A stretch of 63,994 bases of DNA, the filler included, from Peribolospora baueri (Eukaryota), in the NCBI GenBank assembly GCA_029717555.1. It is 6 parts of 6 records of this genome, joined end to end, with 100 filler letters (N's around TTAATTAATTAA, not from the genome) between each part and the next. Parts side by side here need not be neighbours in the genome. Positions count along the whole stretch, not along the records: positions 26,484 to 39,433 come from JAMDHS010000172.1; positions 39,534 to 52,086 come from JAMDHS010000173.1; 4 more parts are not named here. One strand, written 5' to 3'. The notes below the pieces were generated by a model that was given only the letters and a program-made list of their open reading frames with translations, was not told the origin of the DNA and did not search any database. Within the stretch, counting starts at the first letter, position 1. Every line of letters starts with the position of its first letter. Positions 35,783 through 47,106 of the stretch are shown piece after piece. The position numbers and the translations under genes were made by a program.

Positions 35783-36542
35783 GATGAGGTTTCGCTGCTC
35801 CGTTGGCTTGTCGATCGTTGGGCCGATAGCGCCGGAGAGCAGCGAACCGATCCTCTCAGCTCGGCTACGGGGGATGGGCCGGGGCCGGCGCCTCCTAAGT
35901 CGGCACGGGCACTTGCGAAGAACTCGTCAGTGTCACTCGCCCCCTAGCTAAACTGATCGAAAGCTTGCTTGATAGCTGTCCTCTCTGCCGTTTCGGTGAC
36001 ATCCGTCGTTATTTCTTTGATGGGCTCTTGGAGCTGGTTGTTTTGTTAGGTCGTAGTGTAGTGTCGGCGTCCGTTCTCGCTCTCGCTGACTGGGCGCGGT
36101 TTCGTCAGCTTGGCGATCCGCCCGTGCGAGCGATGTGTTAGGCGCATCTTTTTTTTCTTCTTTACGTCGTGTCTCTCGCCCTTCATCGTTAACCGCGATG
36201 TATGTACTTAAGAATTGTCTATCGAAAACTGTCGGATCTGCTCTCGATCATCGCGTTGGCCGTCTCCCTATCCGTACATACGGGGACATCGGGGACGTTC
36301 TGTCAAAGCAATCTCATGTTCTGTCGTCCGTTCGTGAGGATCTCATCTGTCGATGCTCTCCAGCGACGACCGAGAAGAGTCCGGCGACGGCAGCGGCGCA
36401 GACGCCGACTCTCTGTCTGGAGTGGCTGATGATGACCATCCTTGCGTATGTATATCGCGACGTGCGCGCATGCACGCATGTGGGGTGGGCATGACAAGAT
36501 GATAGTACGCATGAAAGGACGCGTGCGGTTACCTCCTCAGCC

Positions 36543-38288
36543 TCAGTCGAAGACGACCTCGACCCATCTTCTCCGTATCCCAAGGTCATCTCTGCCCATC
36601 ACCAGATCTTCCACCTCCCTCCTCATCCCCTGCTTCTCCCTCCGCGTCTCGTCCACGACGCCCGTCCCACCCGTACCGCCACTCCCACCGCCCTGTTCTC
36701 CCCCCATCGTCTCCGACGGGCAAATCCCTCTCAGGCCCAACACCTCCAGCCTCTTCCACCGGCTGCCCCACTCCACGCCCTTGCGCAGCGCCTCGACGTC
36801 CAGCCAGGGGGCGTTATAGGAGAGATCCAGGAAGATGAGATTCGGAAGGTGGCGGGAGAGCTTGGAGAGCGCCACGGCGGCCGAGGCATGGAACGGGTCC
36901 CGGGTGCGAACGTGCGAAGGGAAGGGGGAGGAGGTGGCGGCGGAGGACACGTTGCCGGCGAGGCTGAGACGCGTGAGGCTGGAGAGTTTGCAGAGGAAGT
37001 TGAGCGTGGGGAGCGAAAACAAGGGGAAGTCTGGCGTGGCGGCGAGGGAGAGGGCTCGGAGATGGAAGTGCCAAGGCGTGAGCGTAGAAGAATCCCATTC
37101 TCCATCCCGATCCCGACCTCGATCTCGATCCTTCGTGCTGGGTCGGGGAAAGAGGACGTCTTTAAGTGTGCGGAGGGTGACTCCTGAGCCGGCGAGGTTG
37201 AGCGTCTCTAGGTGTTGATCAGAGGCGTCGTCGACGGACGGTAGGGCCGACGTCCGGTCCCCGTCGTCTGAATCTTGTGCGTCCCAGTCGTCCGACGTCT
37301 CGTCGGCCTCCATCTCCGTTCCCTCCCGCCCCCGCTCCCTATCCGTGCTCGTCCCGACGTCGCTCCCGCCTCCGAGAGCCGCTGCCCGACGGTCCAGCGC
37401 TTGCTCCGACCCGCAACTCCCAGTGTCATCGGCGGTCCCATTGTCCAATAATAAAGCCTTCACGCCGGCATCGCTCAGCGGTCGAAGACTCGCCGCGACG
37501 TCCAACAAGCGCGACTTGAGATGGGACGGCAGAAGAAAGACGAGGTGGTCGAGTTGTGGGGATGCGGAATTGAGGTCAGAAATGATGGAGAGGAGGACTT
37601 GGGTGACGAGGGAGCGACAATGGTGGGAAGGGGTGGTATCGTGTGAAGGTGGCGAATGCAAGCTGTCGACAAAGACTCGATTAAGGTGCAGCCGCCGCCT
37701 CCGTTGTCGTTCTCCGTCAGACGTGTCACTGCCTTGGTCAGCGAGAGCATCGTCTCGGCCATGGCCCTCGCTTCTTCTCTTGCCCTTGCTTCGCTCGACC
37801 GACCCGGCCGAGCACCTCATCGACGAGGTTGACGACGATGGCGTGAGCGCCCTAGCCAAGAAATCCTCCCTCCAAGAGCCTGGTGGCACTGGCCCCGCCA
37901 CCGTCCTCCTCAGGCTCCTCAGCTGTGCCGCCTCACATTTAGCCGCCTCGGACAAGGCGGTGGTGTGATAGTAGAACAGACCAGGCTGCCTCGAGCCTGA
38001 GCCGGAGCCTAATGGCGAAGCTAAGGCGAAGGGGGGACGGTCACCAAAGACATGACCGTGAGCGTCCCCGTTCGGACGCTGCTGAGCGAGCGCAGAGAGA
38101 GGAAGATCGAGGTGCCTCGGTCGTTGCCTGCGAGACTCGGCGAGGAGGTCGTTGACGGAGCGCGTGGACGGCTGTGGCGAAGCTCGTTGGCGGGCGAGGG
38201 TGGAGATGTAAGCCGTGAGGTCGTTCTCCTGAGCTTGCGGGCGCGGAGAAGACGACATCAGCCGAGGTCGACCGTCGCCAGCGACCAT
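36543..38288 (-). CDS. Uncharacterised protein with C-terminal RNI-like leucine-rich repeats
   Basis: Uninterrupted ORF of about 580 codons with LxxLxL repeats: LETLNLAG, LRALSLAA, LTRLSLAG, LIFLDLSYN, LEVLGLRG. Confidence 0.75.
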   Translation of the reverse strand: MVAGDGRPRLMSSSPRPQAQENDLTAYISTLARQRASPQPSTRSVNDLLAESRRQRPRHLDLPLSALAQQRPNGDAHGHVFGDRPPFALASPLGSGSGSRQPGLFYYHTTALSEAAKCEAAQLRSLRRTVAGPVPPGSWREDFLARALTPSSSTSSMRCSAGSVERSKGKRRSEGHGRDDALADQGSDTSDGERQRRRRLHLNRVFVDSLHSPPSHDTTPSHHCRSLVTQVLLSIISDLNSASPQLDHLVFLLPSHLKSRLLDVAASLRPLSDAGVKALLLDNGTADDTGSCGSEQALDRRAAALGGGSDVGTSTDRERGREGTEMEADETSDDWDAQDSDDGDRTSALPSVDDASDQHLETLNLAGSGVTLRTLKDVLFPRPSTKDRDRGRDRDGEWDSSTLTPWHFHLRALSLAATPDFPLFSLPTLNFLCKLSSLTRLSLAGNVSSAATSSPFPSHVRTRDPFHASAAVALSKLSRHLPNLIFLDLSYNAPWLDVEALRKGVEWGSRWKRLEVLGLRGICPSETMGGEQGGGSGGTGGTGVVDETRREKQGMRREVEDLVMGRDDLGIRRRWVEVVFD

Positions 38289-38936
38289 TGTGGATGTTGT
38301 GGATGGTGTGGTGAGCGTCAGCCGGTCGGCATCGGCTCTTCTTCGTCCTCGTCCCCGACGTCGGGCGCCACTCGCGCGCGCACTGTCCACGTCGATCGGG
38401 CCGGGTTAGGGCCGGCGACGCGACAGGCGAGCGAACGCGTAAATGAAGCTCGTCCACCGCGTGTGTGAACGAAGACGGTAGGGAGAGGCTCGGCAACGAG
38501 CTGGACGATTGGGACAACGAGGCGATCCAGAGTGTGAAGGGAGGAAAAAAGGCAAAGACAGCCCTTCGCCCATCTGCAGCTTCACGCCCTTCGTCAGTGC
38601 CCCTGGTAGCAACCTCCCTTGACTCGACCGGTCTGCTCATCATTTGCGCCTCTCTCTCGCCCCCACTCTCCCCCAGTCTCCCATATGCTTCCACTGTCGG
38701 AGCATTCCAATACCCCACGCTCTCACAATATGATACGCCTCGGCGAGATCTATTCTCCAAGGAAGAAACGAAAAAGAGACGTAGGGGGTTCGAAGACCAC
38801 AAAAGAAGAGTATGAAGGAGCTCCGTCCAAGGGTGAACCCCTCATCATATCCCCAGCCCGACTTCCCTCCTCCCGAGCGACCCTTCCCTCCCGATGAAAC
38901 CCGTTTCGTACGCCTTCCCGTCCGTCTTCAAAAATT

Positions 38937-39361
38937 TCAAAGCTTGGGCCTGGAAGCGTTGGGGGGATGCTGAGGGTCGGGCTTAATTCTCACGACGGCT
39001 TTGCCCCACGTCTCTCTGTTCGCCAGTGCCGCTAGGCCTTTGGGGACTTCTTCGAGGCCGCTGTGTGGTGGGAGCGGGGGTGGGAAGGGAAAGAGGAGGG
39101 AAGACGAAAAGCGGGAATTGGGAAAGAGATGGGAGTGAGAGATCGAGATCAAGACGAATCAGGATGGAGCCGGAAGACAAGACGCTTGCAGACTCACGCG
39201 AACACCCTCTCGTAAATGACTGGCTTAATCTCTCCCTTAGCGAACATTTCCAGAAGGGCCTGCCAGACGGCAAAGGTGGTGGGCACCTCGTTCTTGGAGT
39301 AGGCGCCCCAGTGGACGCCCACGAGGGATATATTTTTGAGTAGAACGAGGTTCATTGGGAT
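38937..39361 (-). CDS. Zeta-crystallin-like NADPH:quinone oxidoreductase (MDR family), last two exons; 5' part lost at contig edge
   Basis: IPMNLVLLKNISLVGVHWGAY...GEIKPVIYERVF-GLEEVPKGLAALANRETWGKAVVRI. Confidence 0.85.
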
Positions 39362-39433
39362 CTGTTTTGGGGGCATTTCGTTCAGTGGAGCAGGGAGATT
39401 GGGTTGGGGGATCAGCGAAAAAAAAAAAAAGAT

Positions 39434-39533
39434 NNNNNNNNNNNNNNNNNNNNNNNNNNNNNNNNNNNNNNNNNNNNTTAATTAATTAANNNNNNNNNNN
39501 NNNNNNNNNNNNNNNNNNNNNNNNNNNNNNNNN
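39434..39533. other. Artificial contig linker
   Basis: N44-TTAATTAATTAA-N44. Confidence 0.98.
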
Positions 39534-39572
<39 letters not shown>

Positions 39573-39730
39573 ACGGGGGATCGGGAACGAATCAAAGGAA
39601 AAGAACGGACGACGGGTCTGATCGTAGCAAAGGATTGGTCGCTACGCTTGCCGCCGTTCGGCCCGTCCGGAGAAAATGCGAGTAAAACAATATGGGGAAC
39701 CGGGGAAAGCCCCACTCAGACGTTCCCGGC

Positions 39731-42043
39731 TCACCTCATCCCCGCTCCGCCATAGCCCAGCTGCGCGCCCTGCTCAGCGAGCTTGCGCGCCCTGAACTGC
39801 CTCCGGTACTTTCGCCTCTCCCAGGTGACGACGCCGACGACGATGAGCGCGATCACTGACACGCCCGCGAACACGCCCAAGCCAATCGGCAGTACGCTCA
39901 GCGACCTCCCGGGCACCTGGAACGCCGTCGCCGACGCGCTCGCCGCCGCGGCCACCACCGTTGCAGCAGACTGTGCGCTCGCCGCGCTCCTCACCGCAGA
40001 AGTGGCGCTGGCGAGAGGCAGGGAGGAGAAGCCCAGCGCAGATGCACCCACGCCTGTGACCTTGGAGCCGCCAGCGGCCGCCGAAGAAGACGAAGACGCA
40101 GGGAAAGCAGATGAGGAGGACGCAGTGGCGGTCGCCGTCGCCGTCGCCGTGACAGAGGAGACCGACGCGCTCGTCGTGGCCGTTGCCAGGCCGGCGGCAG
40201 ACTCTGAGGCGATGATGCTGGACGCGAGCGAGCTTTGGGCCGGCCGGCCGATCGTGCTCGACGTTTCGATCGAGACGCCCACGCCCGTCACGGCGGCGCC
40301 CTGAGCCACGGTGGTGGAACTGCCAGAAACGGTATTAGAGCTGGTTGTGCTACTGCTAATCGTGGAGCTAGTCGTAGTCGCGGAGCTGGTCGTCGTCGCC
40401 GTGCCGGTGCTGACCGTCTGCACCTTGCAACTCGTGTCGACAATGATAATTTCCTCCTTAGTCGTGCTCACGGCCGTCGCTCCGTTGTCAAACAATCCGA
40501 AACGAGACGATGGGACCGCATTAAGGCTCGTGCTGTCGGTCAGGATGGCCAGCTTGGGAGATCCTGACATTCCGCACATGGCCGATGCTCTTCCCTGACT
40601 GCTCTGGCCCTTGCCAAAATTAGTGCCCAGCATCATCGCAGAAGAAGGGAGAAGTGCGTCCAATCCAAAAGCAGATTGGCCAGAGCTGGTGGTCCCATTG
40701 GCGGCAGTGGAGGAGCCAGAGGAAACAGCACCGGACATGTCGGCCATCATGTTGAAGTGATAGCTGCCCATGAGCGTCATGCGCGTCTGGCCATCCGAAA
40801 AGAGCATGTCGAACTGGGGGTTGGCCATGTCGCTGAAGTCCTGCGCCGCTTCTCCGGGGATGGTGGCGCGGACGTTGCACGAAGTGCTCGGCTTAAGAGC
40901 CGCCGCCGCCGTCTTGGTGCCTTGCTGAGAGAATGCGATTTGAGGGGTGAATGACAACAACGAGCTCGACGATGAAGACGCGGGTGAGACTTCAAAGACG
41001 CTCAATTCTCCACCGAATTCGCCGGTCTGATTGTCGAGGAAGCCGACGCGATAGCACAAGAAGACATTTGACAGTGAAGATTTGCCCTGGCTCATCTTCG
41101 ACGAGCTACCGCTTTGAAGGGCGACGCCTTTCGACAAGGAGTCCTTGGCCTTGTTCGACCCCTTGGTATCCTGTGACTTCGAACCGCCCTGCGATTTCGA
41201 GCTTCCCTTCGACCTCAAACTGCCCTGCGGCTTCACACCCAGAGCACTTTCTGCAGCGCCTGCACACTGCGTGAAGCCCTGGGCTAGGAAGACGGCCCAC
41301 TGGGCGGTGGCAGCGTTGGACGCTTGGACATTGCAAGTCTGCCCCTGTTGAGGGGCCGAGCCTGAGTCGGAGGACATGCCGGGGGATGATACGTTGGAGG
41401 ACATGCCCGAGGACGACACGTTGGAGGACATGCCCGAGGACGACACGTTGGAGGACATGCCCGAGGACGATACATTGGAGGACCCTTGCGGAGTGGCAAA
41501 GACGCCTCCGGTACCACCGAGTCCCGTCGATGTTTCCCTGCCGCTTGAGCCACGCGGCTGGCTGAGATGCTCGCGCTATTCATAGAGATGAGAAGATGGT
41601 GTAGATGTAAGCGATCAGGGTCGAGCATCAACACATCAAGCAGGTCGCGCCGCAGGCGGAAGACGAGCGTCTCTCACCTTGACCTTGATATCCATTTCCT
41701 GCGGAATATCGGGCTCGACGACGATGGCTACAATCTCCCTCCTAAGCAAACCCACGTCCTCCCCATCACCCGACAGATAGCGCTTGTGGCGTCTCCTCTT
41801 CTCCATCGCCCTATTCCTGTGGCCTTGCGACGCGCCGCGTGCGTTCAGCACACCACCATTGCGAACTTGGAGAACCGTGCGCATTTCCTCCTCGGACACC
41901 AATGCGCGATCCCTGCTCCTCGGGTTTCCATGTCGTCGTGTCGGCAAGCCGCGGTGCACGGAAGCGTCCCCGGGACGGGCCGAAATCAGCGCAAGGGCGA
42001 AGGAGATAAGAAGAGCGGCGAGGAGGGTAGGAAAAGGTCGCAT
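39731..42043 (-). CDS. Secreted, single-pass membrane-anchored Ser/Thr-rich cell-surface protein, 2 exons
   Basis: Signal peptide MRPFPTLLAALLISFALALISA, dibasic KR/RR sites, phase-0 intron 41558-41677, Cys-containing domain, S/T stalk, TM helix LPIGLGVFAGVSVIALIVVGVVTW and basic tail ERRKYRRQFR. Confidence 0.8.
41369..41482 (-). repeat. Four copies of a 27-bp coding repeat (SSNVSSSGM)
   Basis: TCCTCCAAyGTrTCrTCCyCsGGCATG x4. Confidence 0.92.
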
Positions 42044-43353
42044 CGTCTCTCTGCAATAGGGGAGACGGTCAAAATGAATCAAGTCGTATCTACCGCTCGG
42101 CTACTAAAGTGGCATGCACCGGCCCGGGGTCGCGGGCGAAGCGAGCGTCGACGAGACGAGGTCCTGCCTCGAACACCTCGACAGGGAGAAGAAAAGGCAA
42201 AGTGTAGGTGAACAGAGAGCGTGGCGCTGTATGAACCAGCACAGGCGGGGTTACGAATAGTATAACTGTCAGCGAAGAGGAGAAGACGACCTCGCGCGGC
42301 GAGACGTTAAGGAAGAGCAAGCGAAAGACGGAGACGGGAAGGAGGGAGGAGGGGGTAGTGGAAACGAGGGGAAAAGAGAATGGAAAGGGAATGGTGGTTG
42401 GAGAGAGAAAGGGAAGGGGGGGTAAGTGGAAAAGGTCGAGGGGAGACGGCCAGCGAGAATCGCTAGTAAGTCGCCCATACCTACGTCGGCCCTCACTGAG
42501 ACTTGAGTGCCCTGCATGGAGACGAAGCGCGCCAACCAACCAAGTGACTGTGCACTTAGATTGTTATGAGATGTCCCCCCTCCATTCCGCCTTTTCCGCC
42601 ACAAGGAGCAACACCTACCACCCCTCCCCTCCTGTTTGAACTCAAGAAAGCCGAAAAGCCCTACGGAGACGATGCGCGTACGGGCCGTCGATACGGTGGC
42701 ACCTGTATGCGACGAAGTCGAAACGAACAAAGAGCTCTCTACGCTCTCGTCCGCTCTGACCTTCCATTATGCCTCTCCCTGCGCACTGAACAATCAATAA
42801 AGGAGGACGAGCAAAGGGAGGGCGGCTCAATGTTGATTGTGTCGTCGTCGTACAGCGTCAACCGCCGGCTGCCATCACGTCGTCACGGTAACCCCACAGC
42901 GCAACAAACGTGCTGCGGCGCTTTTGTTCACCAGCGTAGAAACGAAGCAAACGTTTTGTCGGCCTACTGAGGACACACAAGTCGGTCCAGCTACAAGGGC
43001 AAATCAAACCCCCACCCCACACCCTGTTGGCCGGACGAACGAATTGGCGAATGTAGCAAAGAGGCGATGATCGTTTGAGCGCATCCTTCTCCTTACAGCG
43101 TGTTTGTTGACTCGAGAAGACCGAATCCACCGCTCCTACAGCCATGCGTGTCCAGTGAGACGGTCTACATGTTCTCGCGTGGCGAAGCCAAGAAAAGATA
43201 TCACACATATCTATTGTGACTCCTCATAACTCGACGGGAGGCAACCCAAGCTGGGCATGGCCTGGCTTCTCGACTACAGCTGTTGCTGTAATGGTCGCTG
43301 AGAGTGCGAACACGTCTGGGGCTTCCCTCCGTTCATCGGATCGTTTGCCCCTT

Positions 43354-44851
43354 TCAGAACGAAATTACCTTAGCTGCTCCTCCTCCCGTCTGTCCCGGCC
43401 ACCCTCCAAGATTGTTCTCGACGACGGGGCTGGCAGCGACCGTCGCAGCCGCGCCCTTGCCCAATGCGGCCTTCAAACCTTTCCTTCGCTTCGCCTCGGC
43501 CTTCTCCCTCTCCCGCTCTTCGCGCTCTACCTCCGCCTGCGCTCGGCCAAAGGCGTGGAAATCGTCCTCGTCCGCACCAATGAGCCTGGAAGAGGGGTCA
43601 CTGTCGTCCAACATCGTTGAGCCGAGGAGAGTGGTTCCGACCTTGTCTGCTCGGGCGAAGAGGGCAGAGAGCGTGCAGGCAGTCGTTCGGTCAATCAGCT
43701 GGCTAATTGTCTCCCTCACCGGCTCGGCAAAGCAAAATCGCCACTCACTCTCCCTCCTCAGCTCGCAGTCCTTCGCGAGATGCGTCTTTTCGCCGCACAA
43801 CTTGCACGCTCCGCCTTTGGGGTAAACGCCTTGCCCTTGTGGACACTGACCAGAAAGGTGACCCTTTGCGTGACAGACGAAGCACGTCGCAAACGGCAGC
43901 TTCCCGTCGGCGAGCGCGGGCTTGCGGCATTTGGACAGCGTGTGTGAAGTGGAACCGCAGCGAAAACAGATGCCGACGAGAGAAGAGTTGGTGGGCACTC
44001 TTGCCCCGTTTCCATCCTTCGAAAGGGGATCTTCGGCCTCTGCAACGCGTACGGGGCAGTCTCTAGCGGCGTGGCCTCTTTCTCTGCGGTCAAGGAGCAG
44101 AATAGGCGAGGGAGACGGTGAGCTAGCACTCCTTGTTGGCCTGGTCCCACCCTCCCCGCCGGGGGGGGGGTCGCTTACCGGCACGCGAAACAGGTCGTCT
44201 CCGAGTTACGCTGGGCGATACGCTTTAGTCGGCGCTGTTCAGACACTAAAAAGTCAGGGTACAGCAAAAGGGAGCATACAAAGCAAAAAGGAAGACAACT
44301 TCGTTTCAGCACAAGCCGACCTGGCCATGTAAGCGGTCGACGTGAGAAAAGAAATGAACGTCTAGGCACTCACCGTCCTTCAATTCCTGCATCTCTTTCT
44401 TCTTTTTTTCTCTGAATGCCTTCGCCTTCGCGGCCGACTTCTCTTTTCTCCTGCTCTTTTCCTTCTTGGGAGCCGTTTCTGCTCCTCCAGCTTCCTCCTT
44501 CTCGTCTCCTTCCGAATCTCCCGCCTTCGCACTCACGGGTTCGGTCTCGGTCGGGGTGGCCACCGCTCGGCCGACAGCCTCCGTCTTGGATTTTTTGAGT
44601 TTCCTACCAGCCCTGTGTGTCTTCTTCTTCTTCTTCACTTCGCCTCCACTCCCCGTGATCGAGTTGTCATGGACGACGGCTGCAGACGTAGAAGCAGCAG
44701 CCGTCGTGGCTCCTTGTGCCCCAACCTTTTCCTCCTTCTTCTCCTCCTCCTCCTCCTCCGTGCGCTTCCGCTTTGCCGACGGCACAGATTGAAATCCGGA
44801 AGCCGCGAGGTACGTCTTCCGCCTCCCTTCCAGTTTTGCGTAGCGAGTCAT
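43354..44851 (-). CDS. ZCCHC9-like protein with four CCHC zinc knuckles and Lys-rich N-terminus
   Basis: MTRYAKLEGRRK start. Knuckles CFACRERGHAARDC, CFRCGSTSHTLSKC, CFVCHAKGHLSGQC and CKLCGEKTHLAKDC. Ends KVISF*. Confidence 0.88.
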
Positions 44852-45813
44852 GATCGTGTGCTGGCTTGCAGGCTTGAAGGGGCTCTCTCTCGTCAGAGGG
44901 TGTGCATTGGCATCGCAAAGACTGCGGCATAACATACCACGTGATCGATCACGACGAAGACCCGTCCTGGTGTCAGTCCTTCTCCCTTTTCCACATCCCT
45001 CAGCAGTGGATTGATCTCATGAGCTGAGGACGACTTCCGACGTCGGCCCGCTTTGGGGCTACCTTCACTGATCAGTGGGCGAATTTATGTTGCTGACACA
45101 AAGCGCGGCAAATGCATTTGCCCAGTCCGCCACCGCATTCATTACGTTCCGCCTTCGGTCTCACGTCTCGACGTGTGAGCAAGGCGGTGACCGGCTCAAA
45201 GACTCGTCGATTCACCGCATGGCCATGACACCATTTTTTCTTTTCCCCAAACCAGCTCCATCCACAACGTCGTAAAATCATCAGACCCTGCCCATCGGTC
45301 GATGGCTTGACGGCAAAAGCGCGAAGCGGGCGGGCGGACACGGTCGTCGCGTGCGCAGAACGAAACGGCCCAGCGAGGGAGTTCCTGGGAGGCTCAGTCA
45401 TTCATTCCTCATCGAGAATCTGATGTACCCACACGTCCCTACAGAACTGAGGCCAATCCCTTCCCAAGTGGACGCCCTGGAGGAGGAGCAGCAGAAGGAA
45501 GACCGGAGGAGACGGACACCGTCAGCGCAAAGCCAGACGACCTACTACGCGAGTTTAGCGAGCACCCCTCGCTCACCTCGTACTCCGGAGGTGGCACTCT
45601 GAGTTCGGCGGTGCTGTCCGAGGTCAGAGGCGCAAGTCTTTTTAAAGCGGCGAGTTGACATCCGGCCCCATGGGAGGGAACATAAGAGGTGGGGGGGAAG
45701 CGCGGAGCCCGACAGGCTGATCAGATGATGGTCATGCTGAAGGGACAGGGAGAGCGGGCGGGACAACGGGCGGCCGTGCTGACCCCGGACGGCCGAGAAA
45801 CGGCGGGGCTCAC

Positions 45814-47106
45814 TCACCTCCACACTGCTAGCAAATGCTCGCTTCCAGCCTCCTCTCCGGCGCGCTCGTAGATGACTCGTCTTCGCTTGCCTCCCCTCTC
45901 CTTCATGGCGCCGCTCTCGTCGTCCGCCTTATTGATCTCCTCCTCGAGGACGTCCAGTATCTTGCCCCATTTGAGCTTCGACATCACGCTCTCCACAGCC
46001 ACCCAAGGGTTCTCCGGATCGTCGGGGCGAGGAGAGGGGTAGGTCCGAGTGTGGCCCGGAACGGAGCGGATGGTGGGCAAGCTTGAGGGAGAGAAATGGG
46101 TGTTAAAGCTGGCCAGGATGGCCGAGTCCCAGCCGTCGCGAAGGTCAGTGGTCGGTACTGTGGATGAGGACGAGCGTCGGTTGAAGACGTGGACACACAC
46201 ACAGAGAGAGAGGGACGCCGGCGATGAAGACGACCGTTAGGACTTGGCATCGAACAGCGTGACGGATGTGATCGAACGATGCCAGCCCGGATCGGCTCAC
46301 CCCAAGTGTCCCGCGTGAGCGAGGGAACGGTGACGACGACGTCTCACCTCGTTTTTGAGCGTTGCCATACCGGCGACGCTGAACACCTCCATGAAAATAC
46401 CAGGGGACACGATCATGCCGCGCAGGCCGAGACACAGGATATGATCATTGACCTCTGCAAGCGGAGAAAGAGAGGGCTGAAGAAGCGAACTGGATTGATT
46501 ATGCGCGGGGAAGGACGGTAGGGTAGCTCACGTTGGGAGACAAGACTGCCGAGCTGCTCGAGTCGGGATTCGCAAAGACGGTCTTGAGGGCGTCCTCGTT
46601 CAAGGAGGTATTGCAGACCACCCACTCCACGCCCTCCTCTTTGCAAACGTCCGCCACCAGCTGGCCCGCGCCCCGGAACGCCAGCGCGTCGGGCTCGTAC
46701 ACGGTCGCGCGCATGTAGAGGCCTTGCACGCCTCACGCGGCTGCGGCGACGGAGTGCTTGCAGGTGTAGTCGACGGCGACGAGGGTGACGTCGGGGAGGG
46801 AGGCGATGTGCTTTGCGGTGCCGCGCTGGTTCTTGAACGTTGAGTTGGACACGAGAGCGCGCATGGCGTAGATGCCTGAAGCGGACAGGGCCTCGACGAC
46901 GCTGAGACCTGGGGAGAGAGCGTGAGCGAGGGAGAGAACGATGTAGGAAGGAAGTGCAAGGCAGACAACGGGTTGATCCGGGTCCGATTGTCAGCTCGCT
47001 GACAGTCTCGGTTCGAGATACCCCTTGGTTGGGCGGCGTCGTTCGACTCTGAGAAACGGGATGTGGCGCTCATCACCGCGATCTCGTGTTTTGTGGGAGC
47101 GTCCAT
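45814..47106 (-). pseudogene. NmrA-like NAD(P)-binding Rossmann-fold gene with in-frame stop and frameshift (3' extent uncertain)
   Basis: IAVMSATSRF...GLSVVEALSASGIYAMRALV...VTLVAVDY..KHSVAAAA*GVQGLY...GQLVADVCKEEGVEWVV...VNDHILCLGLRGMIVSPGIFMEVF. TGA at 46733-46735; exon phase requires a 1-nt shift near 46560. Confidence 0.65.

Noticed and set aside
41369..41482. 27-bp direct repeats as a CRISPR-like array
   Set aside because: No spacers; in-frame coding tandem repeat in a eukaryotic gene.
46733..46735. Selenocysteine or programmed readthrough at the in-frame TGA
   Set aside because: The position is not a Cys-type catalytic site, additional lesions are present, and no SECIS-like element was recognised.
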